A DNA stretch of 64,000 nucleotides from Deltaproteobacteria bacterium. GTDB lineage: Bacteria > Desulfobacterota > GWC2-55-46 > DRQE01. Positions 49,201 to 58,569 of the stretch are shown piece after piece. Within the stretch, counting starts at the first letter, position 1. Each line of letters begins with the position of its first letter. The notes under the pieces are model-generated. The model did not search any database. It was not told the DNA's origin and was given only the letters and a program-made list of their open reading frames with translations. The DNA is taken from NCBI GenBank assembly GCA_015492245.1, contig WGFM01000012.1, forward strand, positions 126,206 to 190,205, given 5' to 3'. The position numbers and the translations under genes were made by a program.

Positions 49201-49304
49201 CTATTGCTACCATAGGTGGGCTATTTGCATCAACATTGTTAACACTTGTGGTGGTTCCTGTGGTATATACAATAATAGACGAGGCGAGGAGGAGAGAAAG
49301 ATGA
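46266..49304 (+). CDS. RND (AcrB/CzcA-type) efflux transporter
   Basis: 1012 aa with a 12-TM architecture and an 'F.IRRPV...' N-terminus, plus '[13 protein letters not shown]' and 'ASQFESF..P..V....P'. Confidence 0.93.
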   Translation: MFLPEFAIRRPVTTFMLICAITVFGITGFLRLGVDQYPRVEFPVVTVITLMEGASPEVMEETITDIIEEEVATIEGIRNLSSISSHGASVIIVEFEMERDIDVAAQDVRDKVGAISDKIPKEAERPVVGKLDIAAQPIIWIAVYGQRPIVELTSYAEDVLKPRIETLKGVGSVILGGKRERTIRIWLDRARLEAKNVSVDEVISALKREHVEIPGGWLKSREIEFSIKIAGEFENVPEFNDLIIAYRDGYPLRLQDVGHVEDGLEDRRTLARYSGMPAVGLGIRKKPGANTVELAGLVRERLEEIEPELPAGIKAVVAFDASTFIKDSMEEMEFALLVGGVLAMVVVFLFLRNLSATMITGITIPVAVTGAFVFIYFMGFTLNTMTMLGLTLAIGLVIDDAIIVIESIYRKREEGLDGTGAARWGTQEIAFAAMAATFSLVAVFTPVAFMKGIVGSFFYEFGLTVAVAVLISLFVALTFTPMASSRFLRETNRESAFYRSMDTLYRSMETMYVRLLSVALSHRLSVIILAALIFAGSLVLWNSTGKEFIPRHDQSRFMVRFETPVGSSIDYTDRKLARGEEIVKTLPEVDGFFGAIGIGESASVHKGFIFIRLLPKSERERSQHEIMSYLRERFNQEPDMRAFVEPLVFGFGARRGPPLEFIIKGPSIDGLHRYSQRIADRFSRIDGIVDVDTDFEMGLPELKIDIDRRRASELGVDTTTIATTIGTLIGGRDVVKYREGGKQYDVRVKLVPSQRDTPADIGRLFVKNREGVPVKLSSLVSILERSSPSVINRRDRERSVTIFANTVGEKTLGSAIEDIKKIAEEILPEGYTTRLGGRAELMVESMESMLFAFFLAVLITYMVLASQFESFVHPFTVMLALPLSMVGALGLLWVTGNTINIYSLIGITLLVGLVTKNSILLVDYANRQIAEGTPLYEAIKRAGSVRLRPILMTAFSTIFGVLPTAIGVGPGSEVRAPMAIATIGGLFASTLLTLVVVPVVYTIIDEARRRER

Positions 49305-49765
49305 GATGCCCCTTCTGTGGATATACAGAGGACAGGGTCATAGACTCAAGGCTTTCGCAGGATGGCAGTGTAACAAGGAGAAGAAGGGAGTGCCTTATGT
49401 GCTCGAAGAGGTTCACCACCTACGAGCGGGTAGAGGAGATGCTCCCCATGGTGGTAAAGAAGGACGGCACACGGGAACCATTCGACAGGACGAAGATACT
49501 GGCAGGCATAAAGAAGGCATGCGAGAAAAGGCCCGTGAGCATGGAGGCCATGGAGGAGGCCATAGACCAGATCGAGGCGCGCTTCATAGAAAGCGGAGAG
49601 AAGGAGATACCAAGCTCTGCCATAGGAGAGGCCGTGATGGAGGCCTTAAGGAGGCTCGATGAGGTTGCCTATGTGAGGTTTGCCTCTGTGTACCGTGAGT
49701 TCAGGGATATAAACGAGTTCATGAAGGAGCTCAAAGACCTTCTGCACACAAAGAAGAAGCCATGA
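49301..49765 (+). CDS. nrdR: transcriptional repressor NrdR
   Basis: 'MRCPFCG...VIDSR.......RRRRECL.C.KRFTTYE' zinc ribbon plus an ATP-cone. ATG 49301 overlaps the RND stop (ATGA). Confidence 0.93.
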   Translation: MRCPFCGYTEDRVIDSRLSQDGSVTRRRRECLMCSKRFTTYERVEEMLPMVVKKDGTREPFDRTKILAGIKKACEKRPVSMEAMEEAIDQIEARFIESGEKEIPSSAIGEAVMEALRRLDEVAYVRFASVYREFRDINEFMKELKDLLHTKKKP

Positions 49766-50853
49766 AGGAAGAAGTCTTCATGCAGATGGCCCTAAGGCTT
49801 GCCCGAAGGGGCCTGGGCAGAACAAGGCCAAACCCGCCTGTGGGGGCAGTGGTGGTAAGGGATGGCCATGTGGCTGGAAAGGGATACCACAAAAGGGCTG
49901 GCACACCACATGCAGAGGTCCTGGCCCTCGGTGAGGCAGGCAGAAAGGCAAGGGGGGCAACACTTTTTGTAACACTCGAGCCCTGCAGCCACCATGGAAG
50001 AACACCCCCATGTGTGGATGCCATAGTGAGGGCTGGCATAAGGAGGGTCCTTGTGGGCTCGGTGGATCCAAATCCGGCCGTTAATGGCAGTGGCATAAGG
50101 GCACTTGAGAGGGCAGGCATAGAGGTCTCAACAGGGGTGCTCAAAGAGAGGTGTGATGAACTCATAGAGTTCTACAGAAAATACATAACCACAGGCACAC
50201 CCTTTGTAACGGTCAAGCTTGCCACAAGTATGGATGGACGAATCGCCACAAAAGGCGGGGACTCACGCTGGATAACATCCACCGCCTCCAGAAGGTATGT
50301 CCACAGGCTGAGGGACATCTACGATTGCGTTATGGTGGGTGCTGGCACACTCAGAAGGGATGACCCAGAGCTAACCGTAAGGCTCGTAAGGGGCAGAAAC
50401 CCTGTAAGGGCTGTGGTGGCAGAGGGGCTGAACTTCAGAGCCTCTCTTAAGTTTTTTGCAGATGATGGCACAGAACGGCTCATATTCACCACAAAGGAGG
50501 GAGAGGCAGACAGGCAGAAGAGGTTCGAAGAACTGGGAGTTGAGGTTGTGCCCACAATGCGGGCCAGCAACGGGGTGAGCCTCAGGGCTGCGATAAAAGA
50601 GCTTGGAAAAAGGGGTATAACAAGTGTTATCATAGAGGGAGGAAGCCGCCTTGCCGCCTCTGTGCTGAAAGAGGGGCTGGCAGACAGAATCATGTTCTTT
50701 CTTGCTCCACTCGTTATAGGTGGAGATGGCATACCAGCCTTGAGGGGGCTTGGGGTAGAACGGTTGGGTGATGCCATAACACTTGAGAAGGTCAGGGTAA
50801 GGCGCTTCGGAGAGGATATGATGGTGGAGGCTACACCATGTTTACAGGGATAG
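49762..50853 (+). CDS. ribD: bifunctional riboflavin biosynthesis deaminase/reductase
   Basis: 'PNPPVGAV', 'HAE', '[14 protein letters not shown]' deaminase motifs and a C-terminal reductase 'KLA.S.DG'. Confidence 0.93.
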   Translation: MKEEVFMQMALRLARRGLGRTRPNPPVGAVVVRDGHVAGKGYHKRAGTPHAEVLALGEAGRKARGATLFVTLEPCSHHGRTPPCVDAIVRAGIRRVLVGSVDPNPAVNGSGIRALERAGIEVSTGVLKERCDELIEFYRKYITTGTPFVTVKLATSMDGRIATKGGDSRWITSTASRRYVHRLRDIYDCVMVGAGTLRRDDPELTVRLVRGRNPVRAVVAEGLNFRASLKFFADDGTERLIFTTKEGEADRQKRFEELGVEVVPTMRASNGVSLRAAIKELGKRGITSVIIEGGSRLAASVLKEGLADRIMFFLAPLVIGGDGIPALRGLGVERLGDAITLEKVRVRRFGEDMMVEATPCLQG

Positions 50854-51482
50854 TGGAGGCAACGGGCAGGGTCAAAGATATTGAAAAAAGGGGTGGTTCT
50901 GGTAGAATAACAGTTGAAACCCCTTTCAGGGACGAAGATGCCATACCCACAGGGGGTAGTGTTGCAGTGGATGGGGTCTGCCTCACGGTAAGGGCCATGA
51001 AGGATGGCCTTTTAAGGGCTGACCTCAGTGGCGAGACCCTTGCAAGGACCACCCTTGGTAGGGCAAAAAGGGGCGACAGGGTCAACCTCGAAAGGCCCCT
51101 TACACCGCGAACCCCTCTGGGAGGCCACCTTGTAACAGGCCATGTGGATTGCACGGGCAGGATAGAGAAGAAAGAAAGGCTTGGGGAGGGGGTTCTTGTC
51201 CACATATCTATACCAGAGGGGCATGGAAGATATGTGGTGGAGAAGGGCTCTGTTGCGGTGGATGGCATGAGCCTCACAGTATGTGGACTTCTGCCACAGG
51301 GGTTTTCGGTGGTTCTGGTGCCACATACACTGAAGGTTACAACCATGGGGGAAAAGCCCGTGGGTAGCCCTGTCAATATAGAGACAGATATTATCGCAAA
51401 GTATGTGGAAAGGTTCCTCAAGGGCTACAGCGGTGGGCTGACAAGGGCATTCCTGAAAGACCATGGTTTCATAAGAGACTGA
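50838..51482 (+). CDS. ribE: riboflavin synthase
   Basis: 'MFTGIVE..G' and a duplicated 'GGS.AVDG.CLTV / GS.AVDG.SLTV' lumazine-binding repeat. Confidence 0.92.
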   Translation: MFTGIVEATGRVKDIEKRGGSGRITVETPFRDEDAIPTGGSVAVDGVCLTVRAMKDGLLRADLSGETLARTTLGRAKRGDRVNLERPLTPRTPLGGHLVTGHVDCTGRIEKKERLGEGVLVHISIPEGHGRYVVEKGSVAVDGMSLTVCGLLPQGFSVVLVPHTLKVTTMGEKPVGSPVNIETDIIAKYVERFLKGYSGGLTRAFLKDHGFIRD

Positions 51483-51502
51483 AAAAAAAGGGTGAAAAGA
51501 AG

Positions 51503-52711
51503 ATGTCCATAAAGAGGATAGAAGAGGCGCTCAAGGATATAAAAGAGGGGAAGATGGTAATCCTCGTGGATGACGAGGATAGGGAGAACGAGGGAGACCT
51601 CTGCATGGCTGCAGAACTGGTTACCCCCGAGGCGATAAACTTCATGGCAAGATACGCAAGAGGCCTTATATGTCTTACCCTTACAGAGGAGAAGGCAGAC
51701 TCCCTGGGGCTTGAGCCCATGGTAAGGGACAATACCTCCATGTACAGGACGGCCTTTACCGTATCGATAGATGCAAGGGATGGCACCACAACAGGCATAT
51801 CTGCATACGACAGGGCACTAACCATACTGAAGGCCACAGAGGATGATGCACGCCCCGAGGACTTCGTGAGGCCAGGCCACATATTCCCCCTCAGGGCACA
51901 GAACGGTGGGGTGCTCGTAAGGGCTGGGCAGACCGAGGGCAGCGTGGACCTTGCCCGCCTTGCAGGATGCAGGCCCGCAGGGGTTATCTGTGAAATCATG
52001 AGGGAAGACGGCACCATGGCAAGGATGCCAGACCTTGAGGTCTTCGCAAGGGAGCATGGCCTGAGGATAGTAACCATAGCGGACATAATAGAGTACAGGC
52101 TGAGAAAGGACCGCCTCGTAAGAAGGGTTGCTGAGTCCACCATACCTACAAAGTATGCGGGTGAATTCATGGCAATAGCCTACCAGAACGATATAGATGA
52201 CAACGAGCACCTTGCACTCGTAAAAGGAGAGATAACAGGCGATGAGCCCCTGCTCGTAAGGGTGCATTCAGAGTGTCTTACAGGTGATGTGTTCGGCTCT
52301 GAAAGGTGTGATTGCGGAGAACAACTGGTGGGTGCCATGAGGATGATAGAGAAGGAGGGCAGAGGGGTCATACTCTACATGCACCAGGAAGGCAGAGGCA
52401 TAGGGCTTGCAAACAAGCTGCGTGCCTACGCACTACAGGATGAAGGGCTCGATACGGTGGAGGCAAACAAGAGGCTCGGCTTCGACGCAGACTTGAGGGA
52501 CTACGGTATAGGCGCACAGATACTGCTGGACCTGGGCGTAAGAAAGATGCGCCTTATGACCAACAACCCGAGAAAGATAAAGGGTCTTGAGGGCTATGGA
52601 CTCCAGATAGTGGAGCGTGTGTCCATAGAGATAACACCGGGAAGAAAGAATGTGGAGTACCTCAAGGTGAAGAAGGAAAAGATGGGACACATTCTTACAA
52701 AGGTGGAATGA
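51503..52711 (+). CDS. ribBA: bifunctional DHBP synthase / GTP cyclohydrolase II
   Basis: '[11 protein letters not shown]' and 'GHIFPL' (RibB), plus '[22 protein letters not shown]' (RibA). Confidence 0.95.
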   Translation: MSIKRIEEALKDIKEGKMVILVDDEDRENEGDLCMAAELVTPEAINFMARYARGLICLTLTEEKADSLGLEPMVRDNTSMYRTAFTVSIDARDGTTTGISAYDRALTILKATEDDARPEDFVRPGHIFPLRAQNGGVLVRAGQTEGSVDLARLAGCRPAGVICEIMREDGTMARMPDLEVFAREHGLRIVTIADIIEYRLRKDRLVRRVAESTIPTKYAGEFMAIAYQNDIDDNEHLALVKGEITGDEPLLVRVHSECLTGDVFGSERCDCGEQLVGAMRMIEKEGRGVILYMHQEGRGIGLANKLRAYALQDEGLDTVEANKRLGFDADLRDYGIGAQILLDLGVRKMRLMTNNPRKIKGLEGYGLQIVERVSIEITPGRKNVEYLKVKKEKMGHILTKVE

Positions 52712-52745
52712 TTGTAGAACCTTAAATTGTTCTCAAGGAGGTATT

Positions 52746-53222
52746 ATGGTCAACAGGATAGAAGGTGGTTTTTCGGCCAGGGGATTGAAGTTTGCCATAG
52801 TGGTGGCAAGATTCAACGAGTTCATAGGCGAAAGGCTTCTCGATGGTGCCCTGGATACGCTCAAAAAATGCGGGGCAGAGGAGAAGGATGTGGATGTGGT
52901 AAGGGTTCCTGGCTCTTTCGAGATACCACTTGTGGTAAAAGCACTGGCAGGAAAGAAGCGTTACGATGCAATACTGTGCGTTGGTGCTATAATAAGAGGA
53001 GATACGCCACACTTCGACTATGTGGCAGCCGAGGCAGCAAAGGGGATAGCAAGGGCATCTTTCGAGGAGGGGCTTCCAGTGGCATTCGGTATAATAACGG
53101 CCGATACCCTCGAGCAGGCAATAGAGAGGGCCGGCACCAAGAGCGGCAACAAGGGTAGAGATGCAGCCCTTACGGCCATAGAGATGGCAAACCTTGTGAA
53201 AAGGCTTGCCAGAAAGAGATAG
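52746..53222 (+). CDS. ribH: 6,7-dimethyl-8-ribityllumazine synthase
   Basis: 'FAIVVARFN', 'VPG.FE.P' and 'G..IRG.T.HFDYV' motifs. Confidence 0.95.
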   Translation: MVNRIEGGFSARGLKFAIVVARFNEFIGERLLDGALDTLKKCGAEEKDVDVVRVPGSFEIPLVVKALAGKKRYDAILCVGAIIRGDTPHFDYVAAEAAKGIARASFEEGLPVAFGIITADTLEQAIERAGTKSGNKGRDAALTAIEMANLVKRLARKR

Positions 53223-53226
53223 GAGA

Positions 53227-53679
53227 ATGTACAAAAGGACACTGGCAAGGGGGCTGACTTTACAGGCACTATACAGGCTCGACCTCACAGATGGCTCACC
53301 ACGGGAATGTCTGGAAGATGTTCTCTCATCGAGAAAGGCGGAAGAAGGGGTCTATCAGTATGCAGAGAGGCTCTTTTACGGTATAGTTGAAAAGAGGCAG
53401 GAACTCGATGCCATCATAGAGAGCCATGCTGCCAACTGGACCGTGGAGAGGATGTCCGTTGTGGACAGAAACATCCTGAGGATAGGGGCATACGAGATAC
53501 TCTACATAGATGATGTGCCCTACAGGGTTGCCATAGACGAGGCCGTAGAACTTGCAAAGAGGTTCAGCACCAGGGACTCGGGGGGCTTCATAAACGCCAT
53601 ACTCGACAGTATTGCAAAAGACCCTTCTGCCGCAGAGAGCGGTGTTCCGTCCCGACGCCTTGCCCCTATAGGACAGTAA
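53227..53679 (+). CDS. nusB: transcription antitermination factor NusB
   Basis: 'R......L.ALY..D', 'W...R....DR.ILR.G.YE' and 'INE.VELAK.F' pattern. It follows ribH as in many bacteria. Confidence 0.88.
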   Translation: MYKRTLARGLTLQALYRLDLTDGSPRECLEDVLSSRKAEEGVYQYAERLFYGIVEKRQELDAIIESHAANWTVERMSVVDRNILRIGAYEILYIDDVPYRVAIDEAVELAKRFSTRDSGGFINAILDSIAKDPSAAESGVPSRRLAPIGQ

Positions 53680-53696
53680 GCCATCATCTCTACAAC

Positions 53697-53730
53697 AAAA
53701 AAAAGCGGGGTGAATGGAGCTCACTCCGCT
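53697..53730 (-). terminator. rho-independent terminator of hsp20
   Basis: On the minus strand, AGCGGAGTGA-GCTCCAT-TCACCCCGCT forms a 10-bp stem with one G.T pair. It is followed by eight T. Confidence 0.7.
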
Positions 53731-53798
53731 ATGGACGAGGCGGGACAGATTGTCTATCAAAGGAAAGAGCCCGACCCCTGAGAGGGGGGCAGGGTGGG

Positions 53799-54275
53799 TC
53801 AGGCCGCTTTCTCCTTCTTGTGTCCTTCCACCTTTACCTCTACCTTCCTTGGCAGTGCCTTAGACTCTGCCGGCATGGAGATGTGAAGCACACCATTGCG
53901 GCAGGATGCCTCTATCTTTTCGGTATCCACACCCTCTGGCAGTGTGAAGGTCCTCTCGAACCTGCCATAGGAGGTCTCGCGAACAAGGTATTCACCCTTT
54001 TCCTCTTCCTTTTCGCATTTCCTCTCACCCTTTATGGTGAGCTGGTTGCCGACCACAGAGATGTCCACATCCTTCGGATCCACCCCTGGCAGATCAGTCT
54101 TTATGTGGAGTCTGTCCTCCTTGATGTAGCTTTCAACAGGGGGAAACCACTCGCCTTTGAACCAGCTTGGTGCTATTCCGCTAAAGGTCCTCTTGAAGAG
54201 CTCATCCATCTCCCTGTGGAGTGTAGAGAGTTCCTCAAAGGGATCCCATTTTCTGAGCCTCAACATCTGAATCAC
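53799..54275 (-). CDS. Hsp20/alpha-crystallin family small heat-shock protein
   Basis: 'P.V....ED...I..DLPGV...D..I.V....L.I.G.R', 'ER..G.F.R...LP' and 'A....GVL.I..P' motifs. Confidence 0.92.
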   Translation of the reverse strand: MIQMLRLRKWDPFEELSTLHREMDELFKRTFSGIAPSWFKGEWFPPVESYIKEDRLHIKTDLPGVDPKDVDISVVGNQLTIKGERKCEKEEEKGEYLVRETSYGRFERTFTLPEGVDTEKIEASCRNGVLHISMPAESKALPRKVEVKVEGHKKEKAA

Positions 54276-54318
54276 CCCCTTTTGTGTTTTTTCACTCCGC
54301 CTCGTCTTCCTATTTATA

Positions 54319-54346
54319 AATATAGACCCGAAAGGAGGGATGTCAA
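54319..54346 (-). promoter_or_regulatory. putative sigma-70 promoter of hsp20
   Basis: On the minus strand: TTGACA, a 16-nt spacer and TATATT, about 40 nt upstream of the hsp20 ATG. Confidence 0.4.
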
Positions 54347-55482
54347 GGGGTGTGCCCCGAGTAGGGGGAGAAAAAACCCTTCGCCACAGAGACCATGTTC
54401 TTGCCGCTATCCTTTGCCATGTACATGGCCCTATCCGCGGCCCTTATGAGGACATCCCTCATCTCCTGTAGCCTCAACCCTGGCCTTACATTACGCCTGA
54501 GCGAGGCAACCCCTATGCTGGCCGTTATGAGTCTTTTTATCTTCAGGGAAGGAATACTGCCGTCTTCTTTGGAAAGGAAGGTATGATTCTCTATGGACTT
54601 TCTCAGCCTTTCAGCGTATCTTCTGGTATACTCTATACCCCTGCCGGGTATTATTATGGCAAACTCGTCCCCGCCATAGCGCGAAGGGATGATGGAGTCA
54701 TCCCCTGTGTTGAGAAGAAGGAAACCGAGTTCCTTGAGAAGCTCGCTTCCTGCAAGGTGGCCGTAGGTATCATTTACCTCCTTGAAGTGGTCCAGGTCCA
54801 GGAAGATGAGCCCCAGGTCCTTACCGTCATGGGTTGCCTTCCTAAGCTCTTTCAACAGGCGATCGAACAGGAACCTGTCATTGTAAAGCCCTGTGAGGTT
54901 GTCCCTTATGGAGAGTTCCCCGAATCTTTTTGCATCCAGGAAGTTCTGTATGAGTGTGGATGTATAGCCGGCGAATATCTTGAGAAGCTCAAGGTCTGTT
55001 CTGTCGTAGTTTATGCCGTCAAGCTTGTTTATAAGCTCCAGCACCCCTATGGTTGCATTCTTTATCTGTATGGGCACGCATATTATGGAGCGTGTTCTGA
55101 ACCCTGTTATCCTGTCTATCTCCCTGTAAAAGTCCCTGTCCTTTTCCACATGTCTGCTTATGCAGGGTCTGCCTGTGCGATAGCTCTTACCGGCTATGCC
55201 CGTAGAGATAGAGAGCACAGAGCCGGCAAGCCTTCTTGAGCCCTTGCCATAGCATGCAACAAAGAAGAGCCTGCCGGGTTTCTTCTTTTCTTCGGTGAGC
55301 ACAGGGTCATCCAGCAGTATGGAGCCAGATTCAGATGGAACGAACCTGTTGGCCCACATGAGGATGCTCTTAAGGGTGCCCTTTATGTCCACCTCAGAGG
55401 GGCTCCTGTCCTGCTCGAGTTTTTTCCTCCTGAGGACATGCTCAAGAACGCTACTTCTGGCAACATATATTCGCACAACCAA
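54343..55482 (-). CDS. GAF-domain diguanylate cyclase (GGDEF)
   Basis: GAF region ('SGSILL.D......F..C.G', 'SIICVPI....ATIGVLELINK') and the GGDEF domain 'D.LTGLYN.R', 'FLDLDHFK.VND..GH..G' and 'RYGGDEFAI'. No RxxD I-site lies upstream of GGDEF. Confidence 0.9.
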   Translation of the reverse strand: MVVRIYVARSSVLEHVLRRKKLEQDRSPSEVDIKGTLKSILMWANRFVPSESGSILLDDPVLTEEKKKPGRLFFVACYGKGSRRLAGSVLSISTGIAGKSYRTGRPCISRHVEKDRDFYREIDRITGFRTRSIICVPIQIKNATIGVLELINKLDGINYDRTDLELLKIFAGYTSTLIQNFLDAKRFGELSIRDNLTGLYNDRFLFDRLLKELRKATHDGKDLGLIFLDLDHFKEVNDTYGHLAGSELLKELGFLLLNTGDDSIIPSRYGGDEFAIIIPGRGIEYTRRYAERLRKSIENHTFLSKEDGSIPSLKIKRLITASIGVASLRRNVRPGLRLQEMRDVLIRAADRAMYMAKDSGKNMVSVAKGFFSPYSGHTP

Positions 55483-55540
55483 AGATCCCCACGATTTTGT
55501 AAATTATACAATTCTACTTTAGAAGGCCCTGTTTTTTCAA

Positions 55541-56902
55541 CTATTCTTTTGGGTGTTCAGGGTGAAGGGGTAGTGTCAGGCTGAAGGTGGTTCCCTCCCC
55601 GGGGGTGCTCTCCACCTCCATCCTGCCCCCGTGCCTTTCCACGATGAGCTTTACAAGGCTTAGCCCCAGGCCCGTGCCCCTTGCAATCTTCTCTGCGTTG
55701 CTGCCCCTGTAGAACTCATCGAATATGCGCCCTATCTCATCGGGGGGTATACCTATACCTGTATCAGATACCTTTATCATCACACAGTCATCAAGGGTTG
55801 TTGCGCCGATGGTTATCCTTCCTCCCTCGGGGGTGTAGTTCATGGCGTTCTCTACGAGGTTTTTCAGCACACAGAAGAGCTGCTCCCTGTCGGCAAGAAG
55901 CTCAATGGTAGAGGGCTCGAGGTTTATATCTACAAGGAGTCGTTTTTTTCTTCCATCGATGAGCGAGACCACATCCCCCATGAGGGATGAAAGTTCCACG
56001 GGCTCGAGCACAAGGCCCTTCTTCAGCCTCATCCCCGATATGTCAAGAAGCTCTGCCACATAGCCATGGAGAAACTCTGCCTTCCTTCTCACACCCTCCA
56101 CAAGTGCCACAGCCTCTTTTGGCATCTTTCTTGAATATTCATCTGTCAGCACATCCAGCATGGTGAGCACGGAAGAGAGGGGGCCCTTTATATCGTGGGC
56201 AACCATTCGGACATATTCGGACTTGAGCCTGTCCTTCTCTTTCAGTGCGAGGTTGAGGTCTTTTAGTCTTCTTGTCTTTTCTGCAAGCTCAATCTCGCCC
56301 TCCCTGAGCCTTTCCGATATGGAGGAGACCATGTAGGTGGTAAAGAATATGGAGGTTGTGAAGGCCGTATAGACCGCGAACAGATAGACAGTGCTGTTGT
56401 AAAGCTCTACAGGGATGAACCCTTCCATGTGATGGTGTGGTATGATGGAAAGATGCTCCAGAAAGACCATTGCACCCACAGAGAGTGAGACCAGTGTTGC
56501 CTGCATGTATGCGGTGGCAGGTGGCAGGAATATGCCGGTAAGCACGGTATGGAAGATGAAGTAGAATATAAAGGGGTTCTCGAGACCCCCTGTGTAATGT
56601 ATGAGAACGGTAAGGGCCACTATGTCCACCACTGCCTGTAAGAGGACGAACCTTTCGGCCCTCTGCGGAAGGTCTATGGAGACGAGATACCTGCTCTTTA
56701 TCCTTCTCAGATAGAGGTAGAAGGCCGTGTTGTAGAGCGCTATGAACAGTGCTATGAGTGTTATCTCGACAAGTGGTGCATCTATCGATAGCCCCTTTGC
56801 AACATTGCCTGCCAGAAAGAGGCTTGCTGCGGTGAGCCACCGTATGTTTATGTACCATCGGAGTCTCTCTGTAAGTTCGGCTTCTTTGAGGCTTATCTTC
56901 AT
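55541..56902 (-). CDS. membrane sensor histidine kinase
   Basis: About 6 N-terminal TM helices, a coiled coil, the H-box 'MVAHDIKGPLSSV', N-box 'NLVENAMNYT', and G-boxes 'DTGIGI' and 'GTGLGLS'. No PAS domain was seen. Confidence 0.9.
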   Translation of the reverse strand: MKISLKEAELTERLRWYINIRWLTAASLFLAGNVAKGLSIDAPLVEITLIALFIALYNTAFYLYLRRIKSRYLVSIDLPQRAERFVLLQAVVDIVALTVLIHYTGGLENPFIFYFIFHTVLTGIFLPPATAYMQATLVSLSVGAMVFLEHLSIIPHHHMEGFIPVELYNSTVYLFAVYTAFTTSIFFTTYMVSSISERLREGEIELAEKTRRLKDLNLALKEKDRLKSEYVRMVAHDIKGPLSSVLTMLDVLTDEYSRKMPKEAVALVEGVRRKAEFLHGYVAELLDISGMRLKKGLVLEPVELSSLMGDVVSLIDGRKKRLLVDINLEPSTIELLADREQLFCVLKNLVENAMNYTPEGGRITIGATTLDDCVMIKVSDTGIGIPPDEIGRIFDEFYRGSNAEKIARGTGLGLSLVKLIVERHGGRMEVESTPGEGTTFSLTLPLHPEHPKE

Positions 56903-57279
56903 TCTTTCAAGAGGGTCTTTATCCTCTCTACAAGTGTGGCAGGTCTTACAGGTTTCTCCAGGAGTTCGTCTGCCAGCAGGTAGTCCTCGTCCTCTGTGGA
57001 GAAGCTGAACCCTGTAACGCTGCCAACAGAGGTGAGTATTATTATGGGTATGCTCCTGAGCTCAGGGTGGTTCTTCAGTTTGTAGCTTACCTGGAAGCCT
57101 TCGTCCTTGGTGCGCATCATCACATCGAGTATTATGAGGTCTGGCCTGATGGTCTCTGCCTTCCTGAGCCCCTCTTCACCATCGTATGCACATTCCACGC
57201 TGTAGCCCCTGGCCTCAAGTGCTATCTTGAGGGCATAGGCAAGCTCTCTGTCATCGTCTATTATGAGGATACAGGCCAT
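56899..57279 (-). CDS. stand-alone response-regulator receiver protein
   Basis: 'ILIIDDD', 'DLIILDVMM', 'IIILTS' and 'EKP'. It is 126 aa with no output domain. The stop overlaps the kinase start (ATGA). Confidence 0.9.
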   Translation of the reverse strand: MACILIIDDDRELAYALKIALEARGYSVECAYDGEEGLRKAETIRPDLIILDVMMRTKDEGFQVSYKLKNHPELRSIPIIILTSVGSVTGFSFSTEDEDYLLADELLEKPVRPATLVERIKTLLKE

Positions 57280-58569
57280 TCAGACAAACTCCACATCCAT
57301 TATATGGGTTGAACACGATATGCAGGGGTCATATGCCCTTACAAGCCCCTCGACACCCTTTACAACCTCTTCTCTGCTACAGGGAAGAAGCCCTGGGACA
57401 AGCCCCCTGAGGTCCTCCTCTATGGAGCGAAGGTTCTGGGCTGTAGGGATTATGCAGTTTGCTGACTCTACAAGCCCCTCGTTGTTTACGGTATAGCTGT
57501 GGTAGAGTATGCCACGGGGGGCCTCCACCATGCCTACACCCCGTCCCCAGGTGGTGCCCCATCGAGGGGGCTCCTTCTTAAGCCCCATATCCAGGAGCCT
57601 GTCTACAAGCTCTATCGCGTACTCTGCAAGGTGGACGCACTCTATTACCTGTGCAAGGTTGTTCATGAAGGGGATATGGCATGGCATGGAAAATGGTGCA
57701 TCCTTTAGAAACCTTCGTGCAAGGGGTGTGAGTCTACGATGGTTGTTGTTGAGCCTTGCAAGGGCACCCACCATGTAGGTGCCATGTCCTGTCTTTGCAT
57801 GCTTGGCTGTGGAGTGGGGCACCACATATTCTTCCAGCCGGTGTGCGTAGTCCTCCTTTTCGATGAATCCGTCTATATTCGAAAATGGTGTGCCATCATA
57901 CATGCCGTAGCCAGAAGAGGGCTTGAGGGATATGAACTCCCTTGCCTTCTCGAACCCGGGGGTTGAAAAACCACGAAAGGTCTCCCACACCCTGTGGAGT
58001 AGTTCTGTGGCCTCTTCAAGGCGCTCCTTTATCTCGATGAGTTCACATTTCTCTGGCATGTGGAGTGTGCCGCCAGGCACAAGGGAGATGGGATGCACGG
58101 GCCTGCCATTGAGTATGGTGGATATGTGGTTGGCAAGGCCTTTGAGTTTGAGCCCCGGCTCCATAAGAGAGGGATTCTCTTTCAGAAGGGGCAGCACAGA
58201 GTGGGTGCCCATGAAGTCTGGCAGCACCAGAAAATACAGGTGCAGGATGTGGCTCTGTATGGTCTCTGCACAGAGGCAGAGTTCCCTCAAGAGCCCTGTT
58301 CTCCTGGATATTCTCATGCCCAGGGCATCCTCCACCGCTTTCAGGCAGGCACAGGTATGGCTTGCGGAGCATATGCCACAGATGCGCGATATTATGTGGG
58401 CCACTTCCTGGTAGTGTCTTCCCTTTATGAGGGCCTCGAAGAAACGGGGAGACTCTATTATCTCAAGCCTTATCTCTCTTACGGTGCCCTTCCGTATGTC
58501 TACCACTATGTTGCCATGCCCCTCCACACGGGTGAGCTCGCGAATCTCTATGTGGTGGTCTTTGTGCAT
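57280..58569 (-). CDS. [NiFe] hydrogenase large subunit, short cytoplasmic type (group 3-like size)
   Basis: 'RVEGHG', N-terminal 'RICGICSASH' and C-terminal 'DPCISCSTH' Ni-Fe ligand motifs. It is 429 aa with only 7 residues after the final His. Confidence 0.9.
   Translation of the reverse strand: MHKDHHIEIRELTRVEGHGNIVVDIRKGTVREIRLEIIESPRFFEALIKGRHYQEVAHIISRICGICSASHTCACLKAVEDALGMRISRRTGLLRELCLCAETIQSHILHLYFLVLPDFMGTHSVLPLLKENPSLMEPGLKLKGLANHISTILNGRPVHPISLVPGGTLHMPEKCELIEIKERLEEATELLHRVWETFRGFSTPGFEKAREFISLKPSSGYGMYDGTPFSNIDGFIEKEDYAHRLEEYVVPHSTAKHAKTGHGTYMVGALARLNNNHRRLTPLARRFLKDAPFSMPCHIPFMNNLAQVIECVHLAEYAIELVDRLLDMGLKKEPPRWGTTWGRGVGMVEAPRGILYHSYTVNNEGLVESANCIIPTAQNLRSIEEDLRGLVPGLLPCSREEVVKGVEGLVRAYDPCISCSTHIMDVEFV

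Noticed and set aside
48941-49765. A 274-aa ORF suggesting a long N-terminal extension of NrdR.
   Set aside because: The first ~120 codons overlap the RND transporter in another frame and look like noise. The canonical 'MRCPFCG' zinc ribbon begins at ATG 49301.
49765-52746. An FMN riboswitch (RFN element) upstream of the rib genes.
   Set aside because: The rib genes are packed behind nrdR with overlaps or gaps of at most 35 nt. No leader is long enough to hold an RFN element.
57280-58569. Selenocysteine in the hydrogenase large subunit, considered because selB and selD are neighbours.
   Set aside because: The C-terminal motif is 'DPCISCSTH' with Cys codons. There is no in-frame TGA.
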